NCBI GenBank assembly: GCA_964016885.1
Contig: OZ024741.1
Span: 194,928,001 to 194,992,000 of the forward strand
DNA length: 64,000 nucleotides
Origin: Eledone cirrhosa
Taxonomy: Eukaryota
Reading direction: 5' to 3'
Shown here: in pieces, positions 1 to 13,700 of the stretch
Layout of the letters: each line of letters begins with the position of its first letter
Numbering within the stretch: position 1 is the first letter of the stretch
Notes under the pieces: model-generated
Databases searched by the model: none
The model's input: the letters and a program-made list of their open reading frames with translations, nothing else
Told to the model about the DNA's origin: nothing
Translations under genes and position numbers: made by a program

Positions 1-1410
1 GGTGTAGGGCTTTCCTTTCATTAATCAACTGCCAGGTGTTGTCGCTGACCCAAGCTTCTCTAAGGGACTTCCTGTAGCTCACGATTTCTTCCCCTGCAGC
101 TTCCATGGTCTTCTTCATTTTCTCCCACCAATTGACCGAGCCTGGTGCAGACTCCTCAAGGACAGCAAATTTGTTCCTCAAAGCAGCCTTGAACTGTGCT
201 TCTGTGTCACCGTTCTTCAGCTTGGTAGTGTCAAAACGCCTTGTAGTGGGTGCTTTCTTCTTCTGCTTCCTCAGTCTGATTTTAAGTTAGGTAACAAACA
301 GATAGAGGTCACTGCAGACATCTGCGCCTCGGTAGACTCGGACGTCCTGCAAGCAAGGAGTTCTCCATCCTGGGCTAATTGCAATGTGGTCTATTTGCGT
401 CTTGGTCCTGTGGTCGTTCGAAGCCCATGTGACCTTGTGGATGTTCTTGTGGTCAAATAGTGACGAGCCGATTTTCATATTGTTCATGACACAGAACTGG
501 AAAAACCTGTCCCCATTGTCTGTGCGGTTTCCATAAGCATGGGGGGGGGGGGGGGGCAAGGACATGTTCAAAGCCAACCCTGCTTCCCCCGATTTGTGCG
601 TTCATGTCTCCCATGATGATCAGGATGTCATGACGTGGGGTTTTGTTGACATCTTGTAGTTGCTGGTAGAAAGCGTTCTTGTCATCGTCGTTATGTTCGT
701 TGGTTGGAGCATAGCACTGAGCTATGGTGACCTTTGCATGTGATGTGCTGTCATTAGGCGTTCGTTGATAGGAGTCCACTCCTCAAGGGCACTACTGGCA
801 GCCCTGTCCATGATGATTGCAACTCCATCTCGGTGGGTCCCGTTCTGACGGCCAGAGAACAAGATGGTCTTGTTTTCATGGACAAACTTCGCAGAGTCTG
901 TCCAGCGGACCTCGCTGAGGCCCAGGATGTTAATTTTGTAGGCCTCCATTTCTCCGATAACTTGCGCAAGATTGGATGGTTGGTACAGAGTTCTTATGTT
1001 CCAATATCCAATACGTGTGGTTGTTTTTGCAGACAGAATTCTGGTCCTCAGGATGTCGGCTTCCTCATTGAGACTTTCGCCGACACCCGTCACACAATCT
1101 CCGGTTAGAGACAACTGTTCTCCTGACTGCTTGGAATTTGAATCTGATGCACTATGAATTGTTTTCGTAGCAGGAGAGTTTTTCCGGGAACAGGTCACTG
1201 ACCTGAAGCCCAACCACTGACATTTAGCAAAGAGACAGTAAGTGGAGTAGTCTCTGGTAGAACTGCAAACCGATGGCTACGGAATATGGTGTGGGTCGCC
1301 TTCAGTCCTGGACTGGTGCCGAGGGAGGATTTCCTTCTGCTTTAACCAGTGGCTTCCTTGTTGAAGCTCATACGCCTAGTGGTGCCGTGTCAACACCACC
1401 CCCTCATGTG
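1..1410 (-). mobile_element. RTE-type non-LTR retrotransposon, 5' part (5' UTR + frameshifted APE endonuclease), continuing off the window start
   Basis: ORF pieces 722-1213, 453-779 and 287-577 carry APE motifs: IGYWNIRTL, ILGLSEVRW, GVAII, CYAPTN, IIMGDMNAQIG, TQIDHIAIS, DVRVYRGADVCSDL. Several frameshifts, one at the poly-G run near 541-556. Confidence 0.85.
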
Positions 1411-1459
1411 GTTCAGTCCATATATATATATCTATATGTATATATATATATATATATCT

Positions 1460-2380
1460 CACCCCCACACCTCTCACACCCACACCTCCATCCCACCACC
1501 CCGCAACTAACCTCACTAACACCCCCTAACCCCAAGCACACGAACACACGCACCCACTTACACCACCCACCCCACACGCAACTAACATCACTAACACCCC
1601 CAACCCCACGCACACGTACCCACACACCCTCGTACACCACCAACTCTACACACCAGTACACCACACTCCCTCCATAGAACCACACACACCCTTCTCTCCC
1701 CGCTCCACCCACACCCCCGCTCCACACTCACTCATCCCACTAACACCTCTACTAATACACACACACACACCCTCCTCACTCCAACTTTCACACCTACCCA
1801 TCCTCGCCCCTTTACCATTCCACCGACTGCTGCTATGCCCTCTGACCACCTCCCAGCACAAACAGACACACAGCACTCCCACTGCTTGACCACTTCCTGT
1901 TGCGCGCGCACCCCACATCTCTCCTCTTCCGACCATCGCTTCATGGAATACTCGCACGCAGAAATTGACCACCACAGAATCCACTAAACACCTTTGGATT
2001 TTACCAACTTTTCAACCATCCTCTTACGTAATCACCTATATAACTCACCCACACACACACCCCCAAAAAGTTTTTTTCTCCACACGCCACCCTACACCCA
2101 CAACACGCTTAAACCCCACACACACGTGCTTTCCACCACATATTTACACCCTCAGCCTCCTGATTCCTCTCCCCCCACCCCTCTATCTACACACGCACAG
2201 ACACTCCGACCCCCCCCCCCCCCACACACCCTTTGAACTCTGTTCCCACACACTTCTCACCTGAGGAAGGGCTTATGCCCGAAACGTCGTCCCCCACCAA
2301 CACCCCACTCTCCAGAGCGTGAAATTAATAAACATTCGTTGTACTGCCTCTCTGTTTTGTCCCTGTTCAAATTTTTCCAT

Positions 2381-2382
<2 letters not shown>
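1460..2382 (+). mobile_element. (TA)n-flanked C/A-rich module ending in a hammerhead motif and AATAAA; probable orphan PLE 3' end
   Basis: Bounded by TA runs; CTGAGGA-AGGGC-TTAT-GCCC-GAAACGTC at 2261-2288; AATAAA near 2327; no coding signal. Confidence 0.55.
2261..2291 (+). ncRNA. Minimal hammerhead ribozyme-like motif
   Basis: CTGAGGA + A + GGGC/GCCC stem II + GAAAC + GTC; stem I not evident. Confidence 0.55.
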
Positions 2383-2422
<40 letters not shown>

Positions 2423-2425
2423 AAT

Positions 2426-2484
<59 letters not shown>

Positions 2485-2486
<2 letters not shown>

Positions 2487-2641
2487 CGAAGGAGTTGTGG
2501 TAAGGAACCAGATGGACCATAACGCACCAGAGTACTCAATACTTAGGGTAGTAGAGTGGGTAATAGGAAAAAGTATGACCCCGACGGCAGAGCCCAAGCC
2601 GTCTAAACGGCTTGAGCTCTGCCGTCGGGGTCATAATTTTT

Positions 2642-2645
<4 letters not shown>
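2485..2645. mobile_element. TA-flanked fold-back element, family T (shares the 3' terminus of the PLE at 40020-42160)
   Basis: About 40-bp-arm hairpin at 2563-2646 (taggaaaaagtatgaccccgacggcagagcccaagccg / cggcttgagctctgccgtcggggtcataatttttccta) plus an ~80-bp tail matching the reverse complement of 42085-42160. Confidence 0.85.
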
Positions 2646-2705
<60 letters not shown>

Positions 2706-2709
<4 letters not shown>

Positions 2710-3316
2710 ATATATAGAAATAAACACACAAAGAAGTGTGTTTTAAATTACATGGGTCGGAAACCAGTTTTGTACAATGCATATAATCTATGAACAAACG
2801 AAAAGTACACAATAACCGAAAAAAATGAATTAAAATGTTCTAACCATTTCAATAACTATTAAACTCCTGGACAAACTACTGACAGAGTTTGTTTCGCCAT
2901 AAATTAGTGGCTGTGTCACATAATCCTAGGGCTTTTCAACAAGAGTAAGGATTATATGAACAGCACACCTAGATACTTTAGGTAACTAAATATCGCACAT
3001 GGTGTATATAGTAAGAGAACAAGTAAAACCTCGTGTGACAGACAGCACATAGTCGCATGAGTAGATATGTAAAACGGCTAGAAAAGGCAGCCTAAAGCCA
3101 CTCAACTTTAAAAGATCAACAGTGGACGAGAGAAATCATTAGGAGCCGAATTCAAATGAAAAACGGAGTTAAAAACTCGCGTTAATACTCGGTAATTATT
3201 GAGCTCACGGTATAAAAAGTGGGTTCTGTATAATATATAGAAATAAACACACAAAGAAGTTTGTTTTGAATTACATGGGTCTGAAAACACTATGGTGCTA
3301 TGCATATAATCTATAA
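2706..3316 (+). repeat. Diverged ~85-bp direct repeat (about 2706-2795 and 3233-3316)
   Basis: tatatagaaataaacacacaaagaagt..ttacatgggtc..tgcatataatctat occurs twice, about 520 bp apart. Confidence 0.8.
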
Positions 3317-3354
3317 AGAGCCCAGAGCCCAGTTTCTGGCACCTCCATATATAT

Positions 3355-6300
3355 AGGTGAGCTATGCTACCCTCTACCAGCACTTTCCCTTCCAAACACA
3401 CACACCAGCCACCCATCCCTGATGCCGCTCGGTGCCCCAGTCCCCGGCCCACTCCCTATACCTCACCCCTCCAAATCGACACCTGCAGCACTTGCAGCAC
3501 TACTAACAAACGGAAGAGGGGCCGGAACTGTTTGGGGTGCGGCTGCTTCCACCACATCACCTGCGTTGGCTTGACTCGTCGAGCTTCCAATGCCCTCGCA
3601 GCGTGGAGGTGCAGGAGCTGCCTCTTCCCTATGTCTTCCCAGCCACGACCGTCTGGCACACCACCAGATGGGACAGCGAGCTTGCCTTTCACCCGAGCCT
3701 CGCTGGTCAACATCGCTCGTTCAGGCGGCTCCGGAAGATCCCACTTAGGATCCCGAGAGCGGCACGGGTGCCGGTGGTCGATGCCCTCGCTTCCTCGATT
3801 GAGAGCGCCCTGGACTCCAATCGAGCCAGTGACTGGGAGCGGCTGCTCTATTTCGCCCCACTCGCCCTCGGCCTCCCCAGCTCTGGCGCTGACCAGAGCG
3901 GCCGGTCAGCAGCAGCCTTCGTCAAGGCCAATGTCTCGTCATTTGGGTGAGCACCCATTCCAAGCGTGCCCAGGGACGCCATACACCACACCCTCAGGTA
4001 CCCCCTATCCTCCACCCCCGAGGCCAGCGCCAAGCGTTTGCGTGACCAGGTAAACGCAAAGATTATCATGGGTGATGTCTCGGCCGCAGTCAGAGTTGTT
4101 GCCTCAGAGGACACTGTCCTCCAACCCACCGAGGAGATCCTGGCTGCTCTGCGGCTCAAACACCCTGAGCCACCCACTGATCTCAGACCCATACCCCTAC
4201 CCGATTCCACCTGCTCCTTGTGGCTACTGATGCAGATATCATGTCCGCGATCAGGTCCTTCCCAACTAGCAGCTGCGGAGGTGTTGATGGCCTCCGACCA
4301 GGCCAACTCAAGGAATTGACATCCCCCCTCTCTGCTGAGGCCAGGCGCCGCCTTCTGAGTGCAATTGTGGCGCTCACCAATAGGTTCATTCATGGTGCCC
4401 TCGACCCTTACACCCGAGGCCTCTTTTTTTCGGCCAGCCTCACCGCTCTCAGGAAGAAAGAGGGTGGAATACGCCCCATTGCTGTGGGCAATGTCTTCCG
4501 GAGGCTGCCTGCCAGGGTGATCTGAAAGTCCGTCACACATGAACTGGGTGAGCAGTTTAGTCCGGTGCAACTGGGTGTCGGCGTGCTCGGTGGCTGTGAG
4601 GGGGCCTCTCATGCAATTAGGCAGTTCTTCAGCAGCTGCCCATCGGTCCCGGCATCCAGGGACTCCAGGCACCTCATTGTCAAGCTTGACATGAGGAATG
4701 CCTTTAACTCTTTACGCCGGGATCATCTGCTCGAGGCCTGCCTCAGCCGAGCCCCCTTCTGCCTACCCGCTGGCCTACCTGTCATATGGAGCCCCGAGCA
4801 TGCTCCTAGCTGCTGAGACGGTCATACCATCGGCTACTGGGGTCCAATAGGGCGACCCTTTGGGACCCCTCCTGCTCGCCCTTGGTATTGACCACATCGC
4901 CCGGAGTATCACGGCCCCTCTCAACGTTTGGTATCTGGATGATGCTACGTTGGGCGGGCCCGTACGGACGGTCTGCCAAGACCTTCACTCGGTGATTCCT
5001 GCCCTGGCGGGAATCGGCCTCCAGGTCAACTCGGCCAAGTCGGAGGTGGTGAACGTCAGCCTCGATGCTCTGAGCATTGCAGCCTCCGTCTTGGACGTGC
5101 AGTCCATTCTCCGCCAGGTTCAGGTGACCCCCAAAGAGGATGTCCTCATCCTCGGGTCACCGATCCACTCGCCGGCCATCCGCTCCACCATCAGGTCCAG
5201 GCTTCAACAGCTCCAGACTCTCACGAGCCGACTGGGCTTGATTGACGACCACTCAGCTCTCTGTCTGCTGAGGAACTGCTTCGCCATGCCGAAGCTCCTC
5301 TATACACTCCGCAGCGATCCATGCTACACCCAGACATCTCTCCTCGCTGACCTCGATACTTGTATCCGAGCAGCAGCCGAGGGGATATGCAACGTCAAGT
5401 TTGACGACATAGGGTGGCAACAGGCCACTTTACCGGTTAGGTATGGAGGCCTAGGTCTCCGGTCCCCGATTTCACTAGCTTTGCCGGCGTATCTTTCGTC
5501 GGTAACCTCGTGCCGCGTCCTCGTCAGCAGGGTTCTTCAAAACACAATAGAACCCTCTGTGTTCAGAGAACGTGAGGCCGCCTGTGAGACGTGGGACCGG
5601 CTGGGACTTAGCCCAGTAGACGTCCCTCCTCCTTCTACCCCTGTTGACGTCAAGTCCCCCCCAACGCACTTGGGATGCCATCCAGTGCAGCCTGGCCTTA
5701 GACAGGCTCACGCGCCAGCTCGACCAGCACTGCCTTGCTTGTTTTAGTGCGGCCTCCAAACCCCACAGTGGTGCCTGGCTCCACGCTCTGCCCTCCTTCT
5801 CCACTGGCACGCAGCTAGACAACCATAGCCTGCGAATCGGCGTTACCCCGAGGCTCGGCCTCTGGATCTGCCAGCCACACCAATTTCGCTACGGTTCCAG
5901 CGTGGACTCTTTCGGCCTTCACCCGCAGTCTTGTCGCCACAGTGCCGGCCGCATTCCACGCCATACTGCCCTCAACGAGGTCATTAAGCATGGCTTGGAC
6001 GCTGCAGGCTTCCCTTCCCAGCTCGAGCCGGTGGGGCTGGATCGAGGGGACGGCAAAAGGCCAGATGGCATGACCATCTTCCCGTTCCGCGGTGGCAAAC
6101 CCCTCGTCTGGGATGCCACATGCACCGACACTTTCTGCAGCCGCAACCTGGTGCAGTCTGCGACTGACCCAGGTTCTGCTGCACGTCAGGCTGAGGGGGC
6201 CAAACTCCTCAAATACCGGTCGCTCTCCGACAGGTTTGCGGTCGTTCCCCTGGCAGTGGAAACTTCTGGTGTCCTCGGCCCCAGGGCTACCTCCTTACTC

Positions 6301-6480
6301 ACCACCATAGGCGCTGCGCTGGTCAGCCGTAGGTGTGAGCCCCGCGAGTTGGAGTGGCTTTTCCAGCGCGTCTCCCTTGCCGTCCTCCGGGGAAGCGCCT
6401 TCTCCATTCTGTCCGCCGGGGCTGTGGGTGGGCCCCATCGCGTACCATTACATTAGTTAAATACCATTCTTTCATCTCAT
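3355..6480 (+). mobile_element. CRE-clade non-LTR retrotransposon (PHD finger - RT - restriction-like endonuclease), degenerate
   Basis: GC-rich island. N-terminal CxxC..CxxCxxxxHxxC..WxCxxC. RT motifs GGVDGLRP, ALRKKEGGIRPIAVGNVFRRL, QLGVG, KLDMRNAFNSL, GV*GDPLGPLL, WYLDD, QATLPVRYGGLGL. C-terminal RHTALN, RPDG, WDATCTDT, KLLKY, VPLAVETSG. Multiple stops and frameshifts. Confidence 0.88.
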
Positions 6481-6579
6481 ACATATATATAACATATATC
6501 CATTTATTGAAGTATGGAGTTACTTAATTGGTCATTTATACTTGGGATGAAAATGTTATATCACCATATATATATATAT

Positions 6580-6930
6580 ACACTTTTGGATGACCGTTGA
6601 CTCTCATGTGTTCTTCCACCCTTTAACAGGTTGTGTTTTTCATCCCGTATGATGACCAAGGTCACCCACCAAGGAAGCTTGGTGCGGTTGCCGGTTTAAT
6701 CACCGACGGCCCGATCATGCAACAGGTTGTTCTGAGTTGCGCGTTACCAGAAGCGTTGGAGAGCGATCTGACTGTAAATAGGTATGTCCTAATGATTTTC
6801 ATACGAATGAAACAGTTCTATTCCTGTAGAAGTCGTTTCTGTATTTAATAAATATGGTTCTTCTTTGTTAATATATTGAGTACCTTATTTAACTATGTTT
6901 TTTTCCGATCCCCTTCGGAAAAACAACCCT

Positions 6931-6933
<3 letters not shown>
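6580..6933 (+). mobile_element. TA-flanked module with a degenerate hammerhead (6789-6828) and AATAAA
   Basis: CTAATGA-tttc-atac-gaat-GAAACAG..CTGTA; core G5 is changed to A; AATAAA near 6847. Confidence 0.45.
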
Positions 6934-7633
<700 letters not shown>

Positions 7634-7859
7634 AATACAAAAAATGTTTAGCGAAATTAACTGTAAATGAGTTCAAATATTTACGAAACGGGGACAAAAT
7701 TATTTTCTGTCTACAAAGAGTCCAACTGCAAACAAGAACTGAAATTACAGACAGTTATGAAGGAAAGAGAGGAACAACAGCTGAAATTGTGGAAATACTA
7801 AAATCTAAGGTACAGACACAAAATGTACTGAAGCAATGCTAACAAAAGGCCCTAACTAC

Positions 7860-7985
7860 CCAATATTTCAACAAACTGAGCCGAGTGGATGTAGAGAAAA
7901 ATAAATCGTGACACTAGCTAAGAAATGCAAGGCTCAAAGCTAAGACTGAAGGATTCTTGGTTGTTGCACAAGGTCAAAGCTTTCA
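7860..7985 (+). pseudogene. Old R4-like RT remnant
   Basis: Translates to LRNARLKAKTEGFLVVAQGQS, equivalent to the WLKRGDLKKATEEMLMAAQEQAL block of the neighbouring R4 copies. Confidence 0.55.
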
Positions 7986-8519
7986 TATACTAACCCAAAG
8001 CCCAGGTCTCATTAGTATCCGCAACATACAAAATATAGCATAACTAGGTATTTGGTAAAAATGAAACAATATGAAACGAAGTTTTAAATACAAACAAACA
8101 AATCGAAACGGACAGTTTTAAAATAAAAACTACGCTATTTAAAAATACAAATCATCTATTCTCAGGAATAAATCTGTTAGTAAGAAAGATTACGATGAAT
8201 TTCGTAGCGTAAGCCTATTTCGATCATTATATGAAAATATTATCACAACACGTTCACAAGAGGTGTCCTTCGAAAAAAATAACCGAAAAACCGAAAGGCT
8301 CTTCTCTTAATGTCAGCGTCTAAAATGACGGAATATTATGAAGGAACATGGGACCAATGCGGGACCAATGCAAAACTACATCGAAACATTACATGCATAC
8401 TACATAGGAACACTACCTTCAAAACACACATGCTTTATAAAAGAAACGCATGTATTGAGGAGAAAAAAGAACGAAGGAAAATATTACTGCAACCATACTA
8501 GCGACCGTACAGCGATTTG

Positions 8520-9745
8520 AACAACTGAATAGTAGGAATGCCATAAGTGCAGTAAATTCCCGAGCTGTGTCTATTATTAGGTACAGTGCGGGAATTCTGA
8601 GATGGAATGTTGCTAAACAAAAAGAAATGGATAGGAAGACTAGGAAGCTATTGACTATCTACAACATGTTCCACAAGAGGAGTGATGTCGATAGACTCTA
8701 CTTGAGGAGATCTGAAGGTGGAAGAGGTCTTATCAGCATAGAGGACTGTATTCAGTTGGAGAAAAACAACATACACAAATACCTGACTGACAGTAGGGAG
8801 CCAATGCTCAGAATTGTACTGAAGGAGAGGACAATAGACCAGGGGATGTCCAAGGAGGAAATAACAACAAGGAGAAAGAGCAGCCTTCATGAAAAATCCC
8901 TTCATAGTACCTTCTTTGAGAAAACTGAATTCAGAGATCCACAGACATGGAACTGGTTGAAAAGAGGAGACCTTAAAAAGGCTACAAAAGAAATGCTAAT
9001 GGCTGCGCAAGAGCAGGCCCTCAAAACGAAATGGTTGAAACACCATATTTACAAGGAGGAGGCTAGCCCACTGTGCAGGATTTGTGGAGAGAGAGAGGAG
9101 ACTGTGGCTCACATTGTATCCGAGTGTAAATACCTAGCTCAGACTCACTATAAGGGCTGGAGACATGATGTGATGGGCAGGGTGATCCACTGGCACCTAT
9201 GCAAAGTAAACAATTTATCACATTCTGAGAAGTGGTATGAGCATAAGCCAGAGTCGGTGATAGAAAACGATCAGGTGAAGGTGCTGTGGGATTTTAGGAT
9301 ACAGACGGATAAGAAACTGGAACACAATAGACCTGACCTGGTGGTTTTGGACAAGGAAAAAAGATCGTGCCTGATTGTGGATGTGGCCTGCCCATTCGAC
9401 ACGAGAGTGCAAGAGAAGGAGAGGGAGAAAATTAACCGATACCAGGACTTAAAGTGGGAGGTAAAAAGGATTTGGAACTGCCATGAAGTCAAAGTGGTCC
9501 CGATTGTCATAGGCGCACTAGGTACTATCTCAAAAAGTTTCCAGGGATGGTTAAAGAAAATGGCCCCTTCACGCTTTTGGAACGCTTCAAAAGGCATGCT
9601 TGCTGGGAACAGCAAGAACCCTCCGATACGTCCTGAATATCTGAGGCTGCAGGTAGTGGGTTGATATTCATTTCAACAAACATTCCAGTTAACTAACATC
9701 AATGACTGAGACTCAAAGAACAATAATAATAATAATAATAATAAG
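8520..9745 (+). mobile_element. 5'-truncated R4/Dong-clade non-LTR element (Zn knuckle + RLE) ending in (AAT)n
   Basis: Near-identical to 13183-14445; CRICGEREETVAHIVSEC, RHD, RPDLVVLDK, IVDVACPFD, EKINRYQDL; frameshift near 9560. Confidence 0.92.
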
Positions 9746-10789
9746 AAGAAGAAGAAGGGAAGAAGACACACATGGTGGATAGAAGGTCGAGAAATCGCTC
9801 CCGTAAGTTTTGATTTTTTAACACATTTAAATCAATTGTGAAATAACAATTCTTAGTACAAATGTTGCATAAAACATCCAGCTTGAGTCCCAAAAAATTC
9901 GGATCCACAATATATTGTTATATCGCTCAAATATACAATTTTGTATTATACATTTTATATTCAAAAAAGAAAATGGTTATAAATGGAAAAAACCCCCTCT
10001 GTCTACACTATATAGAACAGCCAAATAACAGCAATTTCACTAACATCATAAACTAGATACACCACCTACCCCATCACCCCTCTGTGTACACTAAACACAA
10101 CAGCCCGATAACGGCAATTTTACCACCACCACCAATCTCAGCATAATAATAATAATTACTATTACTATTGCCTCAAGTTTTAGTTTTAACAAAATGTTTA
10201 ATTCCAATATTATGGAATTTATGCCAACACATATACGCGACTAACGATAATTTCACTAAAGATAATTTCACCACCAATACCACCACCACTACCACGATGA
10301 AAACTCTGGTCAAGTCGACTCAAATTTCTACTCCAACTTCAACACCATCACTACAGTAATACGACCACATCATCACCACCACCACTGCCTCATTATCGCT
10401 ACCGCCGCTACTCTCTCCCACTACCTCCTGCTAGTTGTTGCTGGCACAGCACCGCCATCACCACCGCCGCCGCTGCCTCAATATTCCTACCGCCGCTATT
10501 CTCTCCCGCTACCCCGTGCTACATTGTAGAATTCTCACTAAAAGCATCAAAATATATAAATAGACTGAATTGATGACCCGGTCGAAATAAAAAAAATAAA
10601 AAAATAAAAATCAAAGCAGCACAGCAACAACGAAAAACGTAAAGGAAATAAAAATGAAGAGAAAAACAAACGGACGGACAGAGAAGGGAAGGGAAAAACT
10701 AAGTCAGACATTCAAACACTACATTACAATGAAACTTATGCTTATTCATTTTTGGGGGGTTTTCTGCCTGTTTGTTTGTTTGTTTATTT

Positions 10790-13700
10790 GGGTTCGTCTA
10801 CAGCGTGATAATGCCACACAAAAGTCACGTGGAGTGACGAAACCACCGGAGACAAGTAATTCACCGGTGGTTATGTAACCATACATTCGCCAATCCTCGA
10901 TAAGAGTGTTTAAATGTCGAACCTAAACAGTTCGAATAACGGTGAAATGGAGACTAGAATGTCATGTGACAGACTCTCACCCAACAGGTGCTCCCTGGCT
11001 CAGCAGCAGGGACCTGGCTGTCAACCAAATACTGCTGGTGTCGGAGGAAGAAGAAGGAAAGGGACCAGAACCAACTGGACGAAAGAATTGAATAGAACTG
11101 TTATGCAATGTTACCTGAAGAGTAACCCCAAGGAGAAAGGCTATAGGAAAAGGATGCATAACATCTGGAACGAGATTGGTCCATTTAAATTAGATGAACA
11201 AAAACTGGCCGGGCAGGCTCGGGTAATAAGAACTAATGGGTGGATAAGCGAGCTGGAACTGGAGGAACTGAGCAGAGAGATTAGCTTGGAGATGGAGGGT
11301 GGAGTATGCCAGGCAAACGAGCCAGTGGGAAATGAAGGTGAAGAGGTCGAGAGAACGGAGGAACCACCCGAAACAGACAATGGTCTGAATGCTGAGATAA
11401 ATAATACCTGGAACAGAGATACGGCCACTGAGGAGATGAATGCTGACGGGCTAGGACAAGATACCCTAAACTTAGTGGTAGATGAATTGAACAATGATAG
11501 TGGGAGACCTATGAACCTAAGATTTGTAGACAGGAAAAAGTTAAAAGAAACAACAGCTAAGGTAAACAAAGTCATCCCATACCTTGAGGCGAGGAGCCTT
11601 CACCAGTGCAACAATATCCTCAAAGCAACAGCAAATACGGTGAGGAAACTACTTGGTATAAAAGCGAGAGGAAACAACAGACAAGAAAGAGCAGAGCCTT
11701 GGTGGAAGAAACGACTGAGTGGTCAAATCAGGGAAATGAGAAATGACATTGGAAAGCTTGAGTCCCTACTGAATGGGACACTAAAAAACATAGACACTAA
11801 AAATAGACTGGAAATAAAGTACAAAACTAGGAGGAAAAAGCTAAATATTATCATAGAGGAACTGAAGCAACGCATTGCAGCAAAGAGTGCAAAAATCAGG
11901 CGATACGAGAACAGAGTCAGTCAGTATAGACAGAACCGCATGTTCGGCAACAACCAGAAGATGCTGTTTGAACAGCTTGAAGGGAAAGAAAGAGGCAACG
12001 ACTTGATCCCTGAGGCGGAACAAACTAAAACATTCTGGAGAGGAATATGGGAGCAGGATGTTAAACATAATGACCAGGCAGTGTGGATTGAGACAGTACA
12101 GAGGGAGATCAGTGAACAGGCACACCAACAAACTGATTTGAGTATCACAGTTGAAACTCTTAAGGGGCAGGCCAAAAAACTAACCAACTGGAAATCACCT
12201 GGCCCAGATGGTGTGCAGGGGTATTGGATTAAAAACATAACATCCTTCCACCCGAAACTGACAACCATGTTCAATGACTGCTTGATGTCAGGTGAGGTAC
12301 CAGAGTGGTTGACAAAAGGTACCACAGTTCTGATAATGAAAGACCGAATCAAGGGTAATGATGTTACCAACTATAGACCTATCACATGTCTGTCCGTAAT
12401 GTGGAAACTGTTGACAAGCATTATGTCTGGGGAAATCTACCATCACCTCCACACAAACAACTTGTTACCGGACGAACAGAAAGGATGCCGAAAGAAATCA
12501 CGTGGTACAAAGGACCAGTTACTTATTGATAAGATGGTAATGAGGAATTGCAAGAGGAGACACACTGGTCTTGCCATGGGATGGATAGACTACAAAAAGG
12601 CATTTGACATGGTGCCTCATTCTTGGATCACCAAAAGCCTGGAGATCTTCAAGGTGGCAGATAACATCAGACAGCTGTTGGGCAAAAGTATGAAGTCCTG
12701 GGAAACAGAGTTAACATCAACTGGAGAATCCTTGGGAAGCGTGAAGATCAAGAGAGGTATCTTCCAGGGAGATAGTCTGTCCCCTCTGTTGTTTGTCCTG
12801 TACTGCGAAAAGTGAGAGCAGGATGCAGGTTGGGAAAGGGAGGGCTTACCATCAATCACCTCCTCTTCATGGACGATCTTAAGCTCTTCGGGAAGAGTGA
12901 GAAGGAGTTGGATGTGCTTGTTGACACTGTCCGTATTTTCAGCAATGAAATATGTATGCAATTTGGTATTAGTAAGTGTGGAGTCATTGTGATGAGGAGG
13001 GGTAAGTTGAGCAGAAGTAACGGAATCCAGATACCAACAGGTGAGATGATAAAAGAAATTGACTCTGAGGAAGGATACAAGTATTTGTGCGTTCTGGAGG
13101 CTGATGACATCAAGAAAAAAAAAACGAAGGAATTGATAAGAACTGAATACCTTCGGAGAGTAAGGAGCGTATTAAAGTCACATCTGAACAGTAGGAATGC
13201 CATAAGTGCAGTAAATTCCCGAGCTGTGTCTATTATTAGGTACAGTGCGGGAATTCTGAGATGGAATGTTGCTGAACAAAAAGAAATGGATAGGAAGACT
13301 AGGAAGCTATTGACTATCTACAATATGTTCCACAAGAGGAGTGATGTCGATAGACTCTACTTAAGGAGATCTGAGGGTGGAAGAGGACTTATCAGCATAG
13401 AGGACTGTGTTCAGATGGAGAAAAACAACCTACACAAATACGTGACTGATAGTAAGGAGCCAATGCTCAGAACTGTACTGAAGGAGGGGACAATAGGCCA
13501 GGGGATGTCCAAGGAGGAAATAACATCAAGGAGAAAGAGCAGCCTTCAGGAAAAATCCCTTCATAGTACCTTCTTTGAGAAAACTGAATTTAGAGATCCA
13601 CAGACATGGAACTGGTTGAAAAGAGGAGACCTTAAAAAGGCTACAGAAGAAATGTTAATGGCTGCGCAGGAGCAGGCCCTCAAAACGAAGTGGTTGAAAC

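Noticed and set aside
1290-1365. HDV-like ribozyme in the RTE 5' UTR
   Set aside because: A cctccctcgg loop and actgg/ccagt pairing exist, but I could not build P1.1, P2 or P4.
3848-4672. 274-aa minus-strand ORF and other antisense ORFs over retroelements
   Set aside because: Shadows of the coding strand with no recognisable motifs.
10570-10590. TTGATGA-cccggtc-GAAA hammerhead
   Set aside because: Stem II too short and no stem III or cleavage triplet.
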